Notes under the pieces: model-generated
Told to the model about the DNA's origin: nothing
The model's input: only the letters and a program-made list of their open reading frames with translations
Database searches by the model: none
In this document: piece by piece, positions 39,631 to 49,684 of the stretch
How the letters are laid out: each line of letters opens with the position of its first letter
Position numbering within the stretch: the first letter of the stretch is position 1
Source of the DNA: Polyangiales bacterium
GTDB lineage: Bacteria; Myxococcota_A; Polyangia; Polyangiales; Polyangiaceae
NCBI GenBank assembly: GCA_038231275.1
Contig: JBBRLQ010000035.1
Coordinates: forward strand, 1-64,000
Direction of reading: 5' to 3'
Length of the DNA stretch: 64,000 nt
Made by a program: the position numbers and the translations under genes

Positions 39631-40374
39631 ATGAGGTTTCGTGCGTTTCTCTGCGTCTTCTTTCTCGCGGCGGCCGCGACGACGGCGGCGTGCTCCGACG
39701 GGGCCGCGCCGGCAGCGCTCGATCCGATCGACCAGGACGGCGTCCCGGAGAGCCCCGATGCCGGAGACGAACCGCTCCCGGTGATCGGTGACCCGCCGCC
39801 CGAGCCACCCGTGATCGAGGCAATCGACGCCTCGACCCACGACGCGGCGCACGACGCCGGCACGCCGAAGCCACCGCCTCCCGCCGGTTGCGTCGTCGTC
39901 ACGCCGTCGAAGGCGCCCTACGTGAAGTACGGCCTGCACCCGCGCGCGTCCGACGCCCTCGCTTCGCTCAACGTGACGGCTGGAAGAATTTCCCAGACCA
40001 TCGGCAACGCCGCCGCGTCGGCAGGAACCCACGCGCAAGACGGCACCGCCGAAGGGCGCCCTTACTCGGCCGCCACCGATCTGAGCGTCCGCGGCATGAC
40101 CGAGGCGCAGGTCTCCGCGTTCGTCGATCGGCTCACTGAGGTCGGGTTCGTCGCGTTCTACCGAAACCCCGGGCACGACGGGTGGCCGGCCTCCGAAGCC
40201 CGCCACATCCACGCGATCTGGGTGGCCGCGCCGATGAAGCTCATCCTCCGGAATCAAGTCGCCGACTGGCACGTCGGCAAGAACGGCCTCGCGAGCCACA
40301 CGACCTACACGTTCAAGACGTGGTCGACGTGCTGGCGCGACGCGATCTGGAAGGACTTCAAGACCGCGAACTGA
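39631..40374 (+). CDS. Lipoprotein with a putative Zn peptidase domain (M15/endolysin-like)
   Basis: Lipobox TAAC, acidic/Pro-rich linker, ASAGTH...ATDL...GFVAFYR...HIHA...GKNGLA. Confidence 0.7.
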   Translation: MRFRAFLCVFFLAAAATTAACSDGAAPAALDPIDQDGVPESPDAGDEPLPVIGDPPPEPPVIEAIDASTHDAAHDAGTPKPPPPAGCVVVTPSKAPYVKYGLHPRASDALASLNVTAGRISQTIGNAAASAGTHAQDGTAEGRPYSAATDLSVRGMTEAQVSAFVDRLTEVGFVAFYRNPGHDGWPASEARHIHAIWVAAPMKLILRNQVADWHVGKNGLASHTTYTFKTWSTCWRDAIWKDFKTAN

Positions 40375-40376
40375 AG

Positions 40377-41012
40377 CTACGTCGCCGGCGTCTCGGGCCG
40401 CGCGAGCTGCTCGTGCGCGAACGCGCGATCGATCACTGCGAAGGGCGGGGCCTCCGCGAGACCTCCGCGGCGCTGGAGGTCCGTGGCGACCGCGTCGTAC
40501 TCGGCGCGCGGCCGCCGCGTGGCGTGCGGTCCCTTGGCCGTGACGATCGTGAAGAGGAGGTCGCCCTTCTCGTCGACGCGCTCGAAGTACCACGGGCAGC
40601 TCGCGTACTCTTCGTGGCTCAACGCGAGGAGGAGCTTCTCGACCTCGACCACGCGATCGTCGAGCGACGCGTCGTCGATCCGCACCTTCTCGATGAGCGC
40701 GTTCCCGTCTCGCACCAAACGCGACACGCGGGGTGTGCCGGCCCCCAGCCGCGCAAGGGCGGCCGGCGCGTCGAACGGCCCCTCGGGGACGAGCTGCAAG
40801 AAGAGCCCGCGCGCCGGATCGGCGTAGAGCACGGCGTGCGCGATCCGCGCTTCACGACCGCATTTTGCGCACGTGAAGACCGAGAGGCGTCCGCGGAGGA
40901 GGCGCTCCTTCAGAGCCGGGTCCAGCGTGACGTCCACCTTCGAGAGCAGCGTCATCGGGCCGGGCGCGCCGCAGCCGGGGCAGACCACGATGTCTTCGCG
41001 GGAGGAGCTCAT
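40377..41012 (-). CDS. CpXC-domain (Zn ribbon) protein
   Basis: CPGCG...DPALKERLL.G.L..FTCAKCG...LYAD; ALIEKVRI...LDDRVVE. Confidence 0.8.
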   Translation of the reverse strand: MSSSREDIVVCPGCGAPGPMTLLSKVDVTLDPALKERLLRGRLSVFTCAKCGREARIAHAVLYADPARGLFLQLVPEGPFDAPAALARLGAGTPRVSRLVRDGNALIEKVRIDDASLDDRVVEVEKLLLALSHEEYASCPWYFERVDEKGDLLFTIVTAKGPHATRRPRAEYDAVATDLQRRGGLAEAPPFAVIDRAFAHEQLARPETPAT

Positions 41013-41072
41013 CACCGCGGCTTATACCGCGCGTTACCGCGGGCTGCACGAACGGGGGTACCATCTTCTTCC

Positions 41073-42530
41073 GTGCTCACCGATCTCGCACCCGGCACCG
41101 TGCTCGGCGACGACTTTCGCGTCGTCGCGCCGCTCTCGCGGGGTGGGATGGGGGCCGTGTACATCGTCGAGCAGATCTCCACGAACAAGCGGCGCGCCCT
41201 CAAGCTGATGCTCGAGGCACGAACGGGCGACGCGGAGATGCGCAGGCGATTCGCGCAGGAGGCGCGCGTCGGATCGCTCGTCGCGAGCGAGCACGTGGTC
41301 GACGTCATCGCCGCGGGCGTAGACGCGAAGACCGGCGTTCCGTGGCTCGCGATGGAGCTGCTCGAGGGAGAGGATCTCGCGACGTACTCCGAGCGACGAA
41401 CCGTCCTCGCGCCGGCGGAGGTCGCGGAGATCTTCGCGCAGCTTTGCCATGCGCTCGGCGCCGCGCACGACATCCCGGTCGTCCATCGCGATCTCAAGCC
41501 GGGCAACGTGTTCCTCGCGCGGCCGCGCCTCTCGGAGGCGCGCTTCGTCCTCAAGGTCCTCGACTTCGGGATCGCCAAGATCATGACGAGCGACGCGAGC
41601 ACGACGAAGGCGGTCGGGACGCCGCTGTGGATGGCGCCGGAGCAGACGCAGGCGGGCGCCAACATCTCTCCGGCGACCGACGTATGGGCGCTCGGCCTCA
41701 TCGCGTTCCGGCTGCTCACGGGGCGCCTCTACTGGAAGGGCGCGAACGAGCTCGAGCCGAAGGGCATCGTCGTGATGCGCGAGATCCTCTTCGATGCCCT
41801 CGCCCCTGCCAGCGTGCGCGCGCGTGAGCTCGGCGGCGCGGCGCTGCCGGCGGGCTTCGACGAATGGTTCGCGCACACGGTGGTGCGCGATCCGTCCGTG
41901 CGGTTCGCGAACGCGCGCGCGGCGTGGGCGGCGCTCGGTCCGATCCTCGGTTCGACGAGCAAGACGAACCCGGTGCAGGTCGTGGTGCCGGCGACGGCCA
42001 CCGGAAACGGCCCGGCCTCGGCGGTCGGCGAGCTGTCGGCGACGGTCTCGGCGCAGACGCCGCCGCCTGCGCCGCCGACGGGCCCCGCGCCCCACGCGAC
42101 GCTCGACGCAGTGGGCAACACCCTCGGGGACGGCGCCGCGGCGATCCCGCTCACCCGTTCATCGCGGCAAGGATGGGCGCTCGGCCTCGGCGCGGGGGCG
42201 GTCGCGATCGGTCTCGCGGTCGCTCTCCTCTACCCGCGCATGACGGGAAAGCATACGCCGACCTCGCCGTCTGGCGGGGCGTCGTCTCCTGCGCCCCCGC
42301 CGCAGCCTCCGCCGCCGCCCACGCAGAGCGCGACGCCCGAGCCGCCACCTCCCGCCGCCGCACCGGTCGTCGCGGTCAGCGCAGCGCCGAGCGGTCCGCG
42401 ATCGGTGCGTCCCGCGCCGCCGCCTGCCCCGCGACCTCCGCCTGGTCCAACTCCGCTGCCCGCTCCGCTCCCCAAGCCGCCGACCCCCGCGCCGGCCCCT
42501 ACCCCGTCGGCCACGCCGGTGACGATCTGA
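41073..42530 (+). CDS. Transmembrane Ser/Thr protein kinase with a Pro-rich tail
   Basis: LSRGGMGAVY, ALK, HRDLKPGN, DFG, GTPLWMAPE. Start set at GTG 41073. Confidence 0.95.
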   Translation: MLTDLAPGTVLGDDFRVVAPLSRGGMGAVYIVEQISTNKRRALKLMLEARTGDAEMRRRFAQEARVGSLVASEHVVDVIAAGVDAKTGVPWLAMELLEGEDLATYSERRTVLAPAEVAEIFAQLCHALGAAHDIPVVHRDLKPGNVFLARPRLSEARFVLKVLDFGIAKIMTSDASTTKAVGTPLWMAPEQTQAGANISPATDVWALGLIAFRLLTGRLYWKGANELEPKGIVVMREILFDALAPASVRARELGGAALPAGFDEWFAHTVVRDPSVRFANARAAWAALGPILGSTSKTNPVQVVVPATATGNGPASAVGELSATVSAQTPPPAPPTGPAPHATLDAVGNTLGDGAAAIPLTRSSRQGWALGLGAGAVAIGLAVALLYPRMTGKHTPTSPSGGASSPAPPPQPPPPPTQSATPEPPPPAAAPVVAVSAAPSGPRSVRPAPPPAPRPPPGPTPLPAPLPKPPTPAPAPTPSATPVTI

Positions 42531-43462
42531 TGCGCACGTCCATCCATCGCCCCTCGTTTCTGCTTCTCTGCATCCTCTCCTTCCTCGCGACGCTCACGCT
42601 TGAGGCCTCGAGCGCACGGGCCGATGACGACGACGCCCTCAAGCGCCGCGGCGACGATCTCGTCGCGGAACGAAAATACGACGAGGCGATCAAGGTCTAC
42701 GACGAGGCCTACGCGAAGCGTCCCGCACCTGCGATCCTGTACAACCGCGGGCGTGCGCTCCAGTTCCTCGGGCGGTATCCGGAGGCGTTGGCGTCGTTCG
42801 AGCGATTCGACAGGGACGCGCCGCCGGACGTGCGCGCGAAGGTGCCGGGCCTGGCCGCGCTCGTCGCCGAGGTGCGCGGGAAGGTCTCGCACCTCGAGGT
42901 GAAGTGCTCCGTTCCCTCCGCCCGCGTCCTCGTTCGCGACGCCGTGGTCGGGACCACCCCGCTCCCCGAGCCAGTCGCGCTCAACGCCGGCAGGGCTGCG
43001 ATCGAGATCGACGCCGACGGGTACCTGCCGTTTCACCGCGACCTGGATCTCCCGGGAGGCGGCGTCGCCACGCTCGACGCCGTCCTCGTCGCCCGCCCGC
43101 TCGCCGGCGTGCTCGCCGTGACGAGCCGCACCGCCGGAACGAAGGTGATCCTCGACGACAAGGCCGTCGGCGACGCGCCCTACGAAGCTCCGCTCCCCGC
43201 GGGACCGCACCGCGTCCGCGTCACGAAAGACGGGTTCGACGATCTCGAGACGCAGGTCGTCGTGGCCGCCGGCGAGCGCAAGGAGATCGCGCTCGAGCCA
43301 GGCGCCCGCGCGGCGCTCACGTCGAAGTGGTGGTTCTGGGCCGGCGTTGGAGCCGTCGTCGTGGGCGGCGTCGTGCTGACGGCGGCGCTCCTCACCGAGA
43401 AGCCAGGCGGCAACGGAGACTTCTCGCCGGGCCGAACCACCGCACCGCTGGTGAGGTTCTGA
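42530..43462 (+). CDS. Secreted TPR + 2xPEGA protein
   Basis: Signal peptide ending ARA; ILYNRGRALQ; PEGA repeats; KWWFWAGVG hydrophobic segment; TGATG coupling to the kinase gene. Confidence 0.88.
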   Translation: MRTSIHRPSFLLLCILSFLATLTLEASSARADDDDALKRRGDDLVAERKYDEAIKVYDEAYAKRPAPAILYNRGRALQFLGRYPEALASFERFDRDAPPDVRAKVPGLAALVAEVRGKVSHLEVKCSVPSARVLVRDAVVGTTPLPEPVALNAGRAAIEIDADGYLPFHRDLDLPGGGVATLDAVLVARPLAGVLAVTSRTAGTKVILDDKAVGDAPYEAPLPAGPHRVRVTKDGFDDLETQVVVAAGERKEIALEPGARAALTSKWWFWAGVGAVVVGGVVLTAALLTEKPGGNGDFSPGRTTAPLVRF

Positions 43463-44841
43463 TGACACGCCGCCGAATCCTCAGAGCCTCCGCCGTCGGC
43501 GCGATGGCCGCGATCGCGCTGTTCGTCCTCGTGACGTGCCGCGCCGCGACGCAAGTTCACATCACCGTCTACAGCGACAGCTGCCAGAACGGCTCGACGA
43601 CGACGATCACGTTGGGCCAGCTCGGCGACGAGCTCGAGACCAAGTTCGCGGGCCCCAGCAACAACGGATGCGGCGCCGACGGGCGTGTTGGATCGCTCGT
43701 CGTCCAGCCGAGCGGCGCTAAGGACGGGAGCTTCGCCTTCAAGGTGGTCACGGGCGTGGGCAAGTCCGCCGACGAGTGCAAGGCCCCCGACTACAAGGGG
43801 TGCATCGTCGCCCGGCGCGGGCTCGCCTTCTTGCCGCACGAAGACCTGCAGGTTCGCGTCGACATGCGCCGCGCGTGCATCGACCGCGCGTGCGATCCCA
43901 CGGAGACCTGCGTGAACGGCGGCTGCTTGCCCGCGACGCTCGATCCGAGCGCGTGCATCTCCTCACCGTGCGACGAGACCACGCTGAAGGGGACCCCCGA
44001 TTTGCCAGACGCCGGCACCGTCGCGATCGAGGGCGGCACCGTCTTCTTCGCGCCGGACGCCTCGATGCTCATGACGTACACGCTCCTCGTCGATCGCTAC
44101 GAGGTGTCGGTCGCGCGCTTTCGCAAGTGGGTCGACGCCGGGGCCACGCCCCCGTGCGACGGAGGCGGATGCTCGCTCGATCCCGGCGGCCCCTTCGCGA
44201 CCGAGATGCAGTGGGACCGTAACTGGAAGGACTTGCCGGAGTTCCAGACCCCGATCTGGACAGGGGGTGACGCCGGCTGCGTGAACGCGGCGAGCGGTGC
44301 CGTCTACTCGACCTTCGACAAGGGGGACGAAAATCTCCCGATCACGTGCATCAATTTCTACCATGCCGCGGCGTTCTGCGCGTCGGAGGGGAAGCGTCTG
44401 CCGACCTTCATGGAGTTCCAGCTCCTCGTCGCCGGCCGCGATGGGTTGCGCGAATATCCTTGGGGCAACGCCCTGCCGACGTGCGACCTCGCGATCATCG
44501 ATATTGCCGGCGATGGGGTAGGATGCGGCTTTCCGGTGCACGTCGATGCCCTCGAGGCGGGGGCGACTCCTGAAGGTATCTTCCACCTCGCCGGCAACGT
44601 CTTCGAGCACACCTGGGACATCTACGACTTCGACTCCGGCACACCGAAGAGCAACCTGATCGCGAACTTCCTCGGCCCCCACCCGCCGTGCGGCGGCCAA
44701 TTCGACGAGCAGTGCACGGGCGGCCGCGGCAGCTCGTTTCGATCCGATTCGACGGACATCCTGATCACCTACCGCCGCAACCCCCCGACCGAGGCGTACG
44801 ACGTGACCGGCATCCGGTGCGTGAAGACCAAGCTCCCCTGA
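43462..44841 (+). CDS. Lipoprotein with a Cys-rich N-terminal domain and a C-terminal FGE-sulfatase (SUMF1/CLec) domain
   Basis: DRYEVSV, P.TCINF..AAAFC...GKRLPT, YPWG, LAGNVFE, GIRC; TGATG coupling. Confidence 0.88.
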   Translation: MTRRRILRASAVGAMAAIALFVLVTCRAATQVHITVYSDSCQNGSTTTITLGQLGDELETKFAGPSNNGCGADGRVGSLVVQPSGAKDGSFAFKVVTGVGKSADECKAPDYKGCIVARRGLAFLPHEDLQVRVDMRRACIDRACDPTETCVNGGCLPATLDPSACISSPCDETTLKGTPDLPDAGTVAIEGGTVFFAPDASMLMTYTLLVDRYEVSVARFRKWVDAGATPPCDGGGCSLDPGGPFATEMQWDRNWKDLPEFQTPIWTGGDAGCVNAASGAVYSTFDKGDENLPITCINFYHAAAFCASEGKRLPTFMEFQLLVAGRDGLREYPWGNALPTCDLAIIDIAGDGVGCGFPVHVDALEAGATPEGIFHLAGNVFEHTWDIYDFDSGTPKSNLIANFLGPHPPCGGQFDEQCTGGRGSSFRSDSTDILITYRRNPPTEAYDVTGIRCVKTKLP

Positions 44842-44868
44842 ACCGGCGCCTGGACCCGTGAACGCCAG

Positions 44869-44898
44869 TTGACACCTCTTCGCGAGCCCGGCTACCGT
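44869..44898 (+). promoter_or_regulatory. sigma70-type promoter
   Basis: TTGACA-N18-TACCGT upstream of the HEAT-repeat lipoprotein gene. Confidence 0.6.
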
Positions 44899-44965
44899 CC
44901 GCATCGCGGCGGGGCAACGGGCCAACGTGGCGATCTTGCTCGGTCCGCACGATTTCGGAGGAGCC

Positions 44966-46729
44966 ATGAAGACGCTCAGAGCGCTCGGTACGTTCGCCCA
45001 TCTCTCGATCAAGGCCTCGGGCCTATGTCTGCCCGTCGCGACCCTCGGGGCGCTCGCAGGTGGGGCGCTCGTCGCGGCCTGCGCAGACGAGAACGATCCC
45101 AAAACGTGGGTGAAGCGCCTCGACGATCCGGCCCAGCGCGCGCCCGCGATCAAGCGCCTGGCGCAGTTCTTCGAAGACACCATGACGAAGGTGAAGAAGG
45201 ACCGCGAGGCGCCGGAGATGAAGGCGCTCCTCGACGAGATCGTCACGCCGATGACGAGCCAGTACACGGCGGGCAACCTCGACGACAAGACGCGCAAGGA
45301 GCTGATGAAGGCGCTCGGCGACATGCGCGACGCGCGGACCGCACCGGCGCTCGCGAAGGCGCTCAACGAGTACGATCCCGGCAAGAACGACGAGGACGTC
45401 AAGTACGCGGCGCAGGCGGTCATCGGAATGACCCAGCTCGGCAAGCCCCTCGATCCGTCGCTGGTCGACGCGCTGTGGACCGTCTTCTCCAAGTTCCGCG
45501 CGTCGCAGGCCAAGTCTATTAACCTCCTCACCGATCTCCACGACGCGGTCATCGCCGTGAAGAGCCCGACCTACGGCCCCAAGGCCGTCGAGAAGCTCGC
45601 CGCGCCGGTCGACATCAAGAGCCCGGAGTCCCAACGCGATCAGATCCAGTTCTGGCAGCTGACGTCGATCCAGGTCCTGCGGGACCTCAAGTTCACTCCG
45701 GCCGTGAAGCCGCTCGTCAAGGTGCTCCTGACGCCCGAGAAGAAGGACCTCTGGGCGACCGTCGAGGCCGCGCTCATGCACATGCCGAAGGAGGCCGAGC
45801 CGGTCCTCGTGTCGGTCATCAAGGGAGACGATCCCGAGCTCGCGAAGCTCTCCGCGGCGTTCGGTGAGGAGAAGTCTCACCTCGCGCTCGCCGCCGACGC
45901 GCTCGCCTGGCTCTCGCGCACGTCCGGCCGCGACGCGGTGTTCGGCGCCGCGGGCAGCATCGACAGCGACGCAAACCGTCAGGCATTCGGTATGTCGATC
46001 GTGAAGTTCCCGATCGACGGCCGATCCATCAGCGTCTTCCGCGGCCTCTACGACGGCATCAAAGGCAACGAGGACTCCGACATCACCGCGCGCGCCGCGA
46101 TGCTCCAGTCGTCGTCGCAGTTCTATGATCCGTCGCTGACCGGCTGGCTCCTCAAGGAGATCGGCGCGGCGAAGGGGGACAGCGCGACGGCGCTCCAGCT
46201 CCCGGCCCTCGAGGCGGCGATCAAGCTGATGACGCCCGATCAGCAGGGCGCGGTCGGCAACGTCGCCACCAAGCTCAACTCGCAAATGGACAAGATCGGC
46301 AGCCAGCAGGAGAAGGGCACCGCGTCGCTCCTCAAGGCGATGTACGAGGGCTCGAGCGCGATGCTCGCGCAGTGCCAGCAGCAAGTCTCCTGCTACACGA
46401 AGCAGCTCGAGGAGCCGGTCGCCACCGGCAAAGAGGGCGCGAACGCCAAGGCGATCAAGAGCGCGTGGATGAGCGTCATCTACGCGGGCGCCGCCAAGGA
46501 TCAGGTCCGCGGCGATCTCGTCTCGAAGCTCGAGAAGGTGAAGAACCCCGGCGCGCGCCTCGCGGTCGTGGAAGCCATCGATCGCCTCGCCCCGAACGGT
46601 GACCCGAAGGCGGCGGCGGCGCTCGAGAAGATCGTCGAGGCCGACAAGTCGTCCGGCGACAAGCTGCTGCTCCAGGCCGACGACAGCGTCGTGAAGGTTG
46701 CCCTTCGTCTGCGGGCGCGCGCGAACTGA
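44966..46729 (+). CDS. HEAT-repeat-like alpha-helical lipoprotein
   Basis: GGAGGAG RBS; lipobox VAAC; HEAT-like motifs (KALGDMRDARTAPALAKAL, AVKPLVKVL). Confidence 0.8.
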   Translation: MKTLRALGTFAHLSIKASGLCLPVATLGALAGGALVAACADENDPKTWVKRLDDPAQRAPAIKRLAQFFEDTMTKVKKDREAPEMKALLDEIVTPMTSQYTAGNLDDKTRKELMKALGDMRDARTAPALAKALNEYDPGKNDEDVKYAAQAVIGMTQLGKPLDPSLVDALWTVFSKFRASQAKSINLLTDLHDAVIAVKSPTYGPKAVEKLAAPVDIKSPESQRDQIQFWQLTSIQVLRDLKFTPAVKPLVKVLLTPEKKDLWATVEAALMHMPKEAEPVLVSVIKGDDPELAKLSAAFGEEKSHLALAADALAWLSRTSGRDAVFGAAGSIDSDANRQAFGMSIVKFPIDGRSISVFRGLYDGIKGNEDSDITARAAMLQSSSQFYDPSLTGWLLKEIGAAKGDSATALQLPALEAAIKLMTPDQQGAVGNVATKLNSQMDKIGSQQEKGTASLLKAMYEGSSAMLAQCQQQVSCYTKQLEEPVATGKEGANAKAIKSAWMSVIYAGAAKDQVRGDLVSKLEKVKNPGARLAVVEAIDRLAPNGDPKAAAALEKIVEADKSSGDKLLLQADDSVVKVALRLRARAN

Positions 46730-46745
46730 AGCGAACGCCGCCGTC

Positions 46746-48698
46746 ATGATCAGGCTGGAAGTAACGAGAGGCCAGACGGCGGGGAGCCACACCGAGTCGT
46801 CCGCGGACGTGCTCCGAATCGGGCGCGCGGACGGCTGCGATCTTCTCGTGCCCGACGATCACGTGTCGAGCGAGCACGCGCGCATCGAGTGGAGCGGGGT
46901 CCGTCACGTCCTGCGCGACAACCGCTCCACCAACGGCACCGCCCTGATCCGCGCCGGCGAGCGCATCCCGCTGGACGACGCGAACGGCCGCGAGCACGTC
47001 ATCGAGTCGGGCGACGGCATCGAGCTCGGGTCTGGTGATCGTATCGTCACCATCGCGGTGACCATCACCGAGGACGCCGACAGCGCGCGCGTCGTCGCGA
47101 TGCGCAAGATCGACGATCTGGCGCCCGCCGCGACCAAGCTCGAGAACGACATCAGCCGCGTACGCCAGCTGTACGAGGCGCAGAAGGAGATCGCGACGGC
47201 GAGCGATCTCGGCGACGTCCTCACCGCGGTGTGCGACGCCAGCTTCCGCCTCGTCCCGCAGGCCACGCACGTCACCGTCATCCTCCGCGACGACGACGAG
47301 GAGACCGCGCGCCCGACCAACACCGCCGCCGGCTACGTCCCCGTGCTCACGCGCGTCCGCGGCCAGGACGGACCCAGCTCGGGGCCCATTCCGATCACGC
47401 GCAGCGTCTTCCGCAAGGTGCTCAGCGAGCGCGCCGCGGTGCTTGCCGCCGACGCGCCGCAGGACGTCGGTCAGACCGAGTCGCTCCTCGGCGCGCAGAT
47501 CCGCTCGACACTCGGCGTGCCGCTGTGGCGCGGAGAAGAGATCCTCGGCGTCCTCCAGATGGACAACCGGGAGAGCGCCGGCGTCTTCACCGCCGGCGAT
47601 CTCGAGATGGTCGCGGTGCTCGCCCACAACGCTTCGCTCGCCGTCGCGAACGCGCGCTTGGTCCGCCGCCTCCGCGCCGCCGAGGATCGGCTGAAGAAAG
47701 AGAACGCCTTCCTCAAGAGCCGCGAAGAGACGCGCCGCACCGGCGGACGCAGCGGTCAGCAAGAGATCATCGGCCAGAGCCCGGCGATGCGGACGCTCAA
47801 CGCCCAGCTCGACAAGGTCGTCGACACGCGCGTGACGGTGCTCATCGAGGGCGAGACCGGCGTGGGCAAAGAGCTCGTCGCCGCCGCCGTGCACTACCGC
47901 TCGCGCCGACGTGACAAGCTCTTCGTGAGCCAGAACTGCGCGGCCATGCCCGAGAGCCTCCTCGAGAGCGAGCTCTTCGGCCACAAGAAGGGCAGCTTCA
48001 CCGGCGCGCACGAGGACAAGAAGGGCCTCTTCGAGATCGCCGACGGCGGCACGCTCTTCCTCGACGAGGTCACCGAGATGCCGGTGTCGCTCCAGTCGAA
48101 GCTCCTCCGCGTGCTGCAAGAGGGGGAAATCCGGCCGATCGGCGCGACACAAGAGCGCCGCGTGAACGTGCGCATCGTCGCCGCGACGAACCGCACGCTC
48201 GAAAAGGAGGTCGAGGGCGGCCGGTTCCGCGAGGACCTCTATTACCGCTTGAAGGTCTTTCCGCTGCGCGTGCCCCCGCTCCGCGAGCGGCGCGACGACA
48301 TTCCGATGCTCGCGCAGTATTTCCTCACGCGATACTCGACGGAGCTCGGCAAGCCTTCGGGTGGCTTCTCGCAGCAGGCGATGGAGCTGGTGCAGGGGTA
48401 CGACTGGCCGGGCAACGTGCGCGAGCTGCAGAACGAAGTGCAGCGCCTCGTCATTCAAATCGACGCGGGCGGCTTCGTGACGCCGGATCTCCTCTCGCCG
48501 CGCGTGCGTCAGGTCGAGGGGATGATCGAGCGCGTGCGCCCCACCAAAGGGACGCTCAAAGAGATGATGGATCAGCTCGAGCGCTGGCTCCTCATCGAAG
48601 CGCTGCGCGAGCACTCGAACAACAAGACGAAGGCAGCCGTCGCGCTCGGGATCACGCGCGAAGGACTCCACAAGAAGCTGCGCTCGTTCGGGCTCTGA
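46746..48698 (+). CDS. FHA-GAF-sigma54 enhancer-binding protein
   Basis: FHA (IGR, VSSEH, STNGT), GAF (STLGVPL...GVLQMDN), [22 protein letters not shown], Fis-type HTH. Confidence 0.95.
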   Translation: MIRLEVTRGQTAGSHTESSADVLRIGRADGCDLLVPDDHVSSEHARIEWSGVRHVLRDNRSTNGTALIRAGERIPLDDANGREHVIESGDGIELGSGDRIVTIAVTITEDADSARVVAMRKIDDLAPAATKLENDISRVRQLYEAQKEIATASDLGDVLTAVCDASFRLVPQATHVTVILRDDDEETARPTNTAAGYVPVLTRVRGQDGPSSGPIPITRSVFRKVLSERAAVLAADAPQDVGQTESLLGAQIRSTLGVPLWRGEEILGVLQMDNRESAGVFTAGDLEMVAVLAHNASLAVANARLVRRLRAAEDRLKKENAFLKSREETRRTGGRSGQQEIIGQSPAMRTLNAQLDKVVDTRVTVLIEGETGVGKELVAAAVHYRSRRRDKLFVSQNCAAMPESLLESELFGHKKGSFTGAHEDKKGLFEIADGGTLFLDEVTEMPVSLQSKLLRVLQEGEIRPIGATQERRVNVRIVAATNRTLEKEVEGGRFREDLYYRLKVFPLRVPPLRERRDDIPMLAQYFLTRYSTELGKPSGGFSQQAMELVQGYDWPGNVRELQNEVQRLVIQIDAGGFVTPDLLSPRVRQVEGMIERVRPTKGTLKEMMDQLERWLLIEALREHSNNKTKAAVALGITREGLHKKLRSFGL

Positions 48699-48704
48699 GC
48701 TCGG

Positions 48705-49199
48705 CTACGAAGCGCCGGACAGATCGTGCGCGGTCGGATGCACACCTGGATCCGCGGCCGCGGCGAGGCGACCGTAGACGTTGCCGCTCTCGGGATCGAC
48801 GGCATCGGGTGCGATGTCGGAGAGCGGACGCAGCGCGAAGCCGCGCACGCTGAGCTGTGGGTGCGGGACGACGAGGCGCTCGGTTTCGAGGGCGATGCCG
48901 TCGATCCACAAGACGTCGAGATCGATCGTACGTGGGCCCCATTTTTCGCGCCGCTCGCGGCCGAGCATGCGCTCGATGCCGAGGAGGGCGTCGAGGAGAT
49001 CCTCTGGCGCGCCGTCGTAGTCGAGGAGGACCGCGGCGTTCAGGAAGGTGGGCTGCGGCGGGCCGATGGGGGCGGTCTCGTAGACGCGCGAGAGCTTGAT
49101 GACCTTGCCGATCTTGCGCATCGCGCGGACGGCGTTGCGGAGGTGCTCGAGCCTGTCCCCAAGGTTCGATCCGAGACCGATCGCCGCGCGAAGCGTCAC
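48705..49199 (-). CDS. folK: 2-amino-4-hydroxy-6-hydroxymethyldihydropteridine diphosphokinase
   Basis: IGLGSNLG, YETAP, FLNAA, WGPRTIDLD, VPHP. Confidence 0.96.
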   Translation of the reverse strand: MTLRAAIGLGSNLGDRLEHLRNAVRAMRKIGKVIKLSRVYETAPIGPPQPTFLNAAVLLDYDGAPEDLLDALLGIERMLGRERREKWGPRTIDLDVLWIDGIALETERLVVPHPQLSVRGFALRPLSDIAPDAVDPESGNVYGRLAAAADPGVHPTAHDLSGAS

Positions 49200-49276
49200 G
49201 TCTGCGAGGGTACCAGGTTCGCCAACGGGCCGATTCGACCAACCGCGGCGCGGCCCACTGCTAGAACGGGAGCATC

Positions 49277-49666
49277 ATGAACGTCACCAAGGTCACCCCC
49301 ATCCTCGTCGTCGACGCGATCGAGCCGTGCCTCCCCTTCTGGACCGGCCCCATGGGTTACACGAAGGCCGTCGAGGTCCCTCACGAGGGGCGGCTCGGCT
49401 TCGTCCTTCTCACCAAGGAGGGCGGTGAGCTCATGATGCAGACCCGCGCCAGCGTCGCGGCCGATCTGCCGGCGATGAAGCTCGACGTCACGTGTGTACT
49501 TTACATGGATGTACCGTCGCTCGACGCGGCGCTCGAGGAGGCGAAGGGGGCGACGGTCCTCGTCCCGCCGCGTACGACGTTCTATGGCGCGCGCGAGGCC
49601 TTCCTCCGCGACGCCTCGGGCAACGTGTTCGGGTTCTCCGAGCAGGTGAAGACCGCGGGCGCGTGA
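49277..49666 (+). CDS. VOC/glyoxalase family protein
   Basis: TPILVV, LYMDV, TFYGAREAFLRD..GN. Confidence 0.85.
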   Translation: MNVTKVTPILVVDAIEPCLPFWTGPMGYTKAVEVPHEGRLGFVLLTKEGGELMMQTRASVAADLPAMKLDVTCVLYMDVPSLDAALEEAKGATVLVPPRTTFYGAREAFLRDASGNVFGFSEQVKTAGA

Positions 49667-49684
49667 TCGCGGAGGCCCGCGCGC

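Noticed and set aside
43462..44841. FGE/CLec protein as a diversity-generating retroelement target
   Set aside because: No reverse transcriptase, and I saw no template/variable repeat pair in the window.
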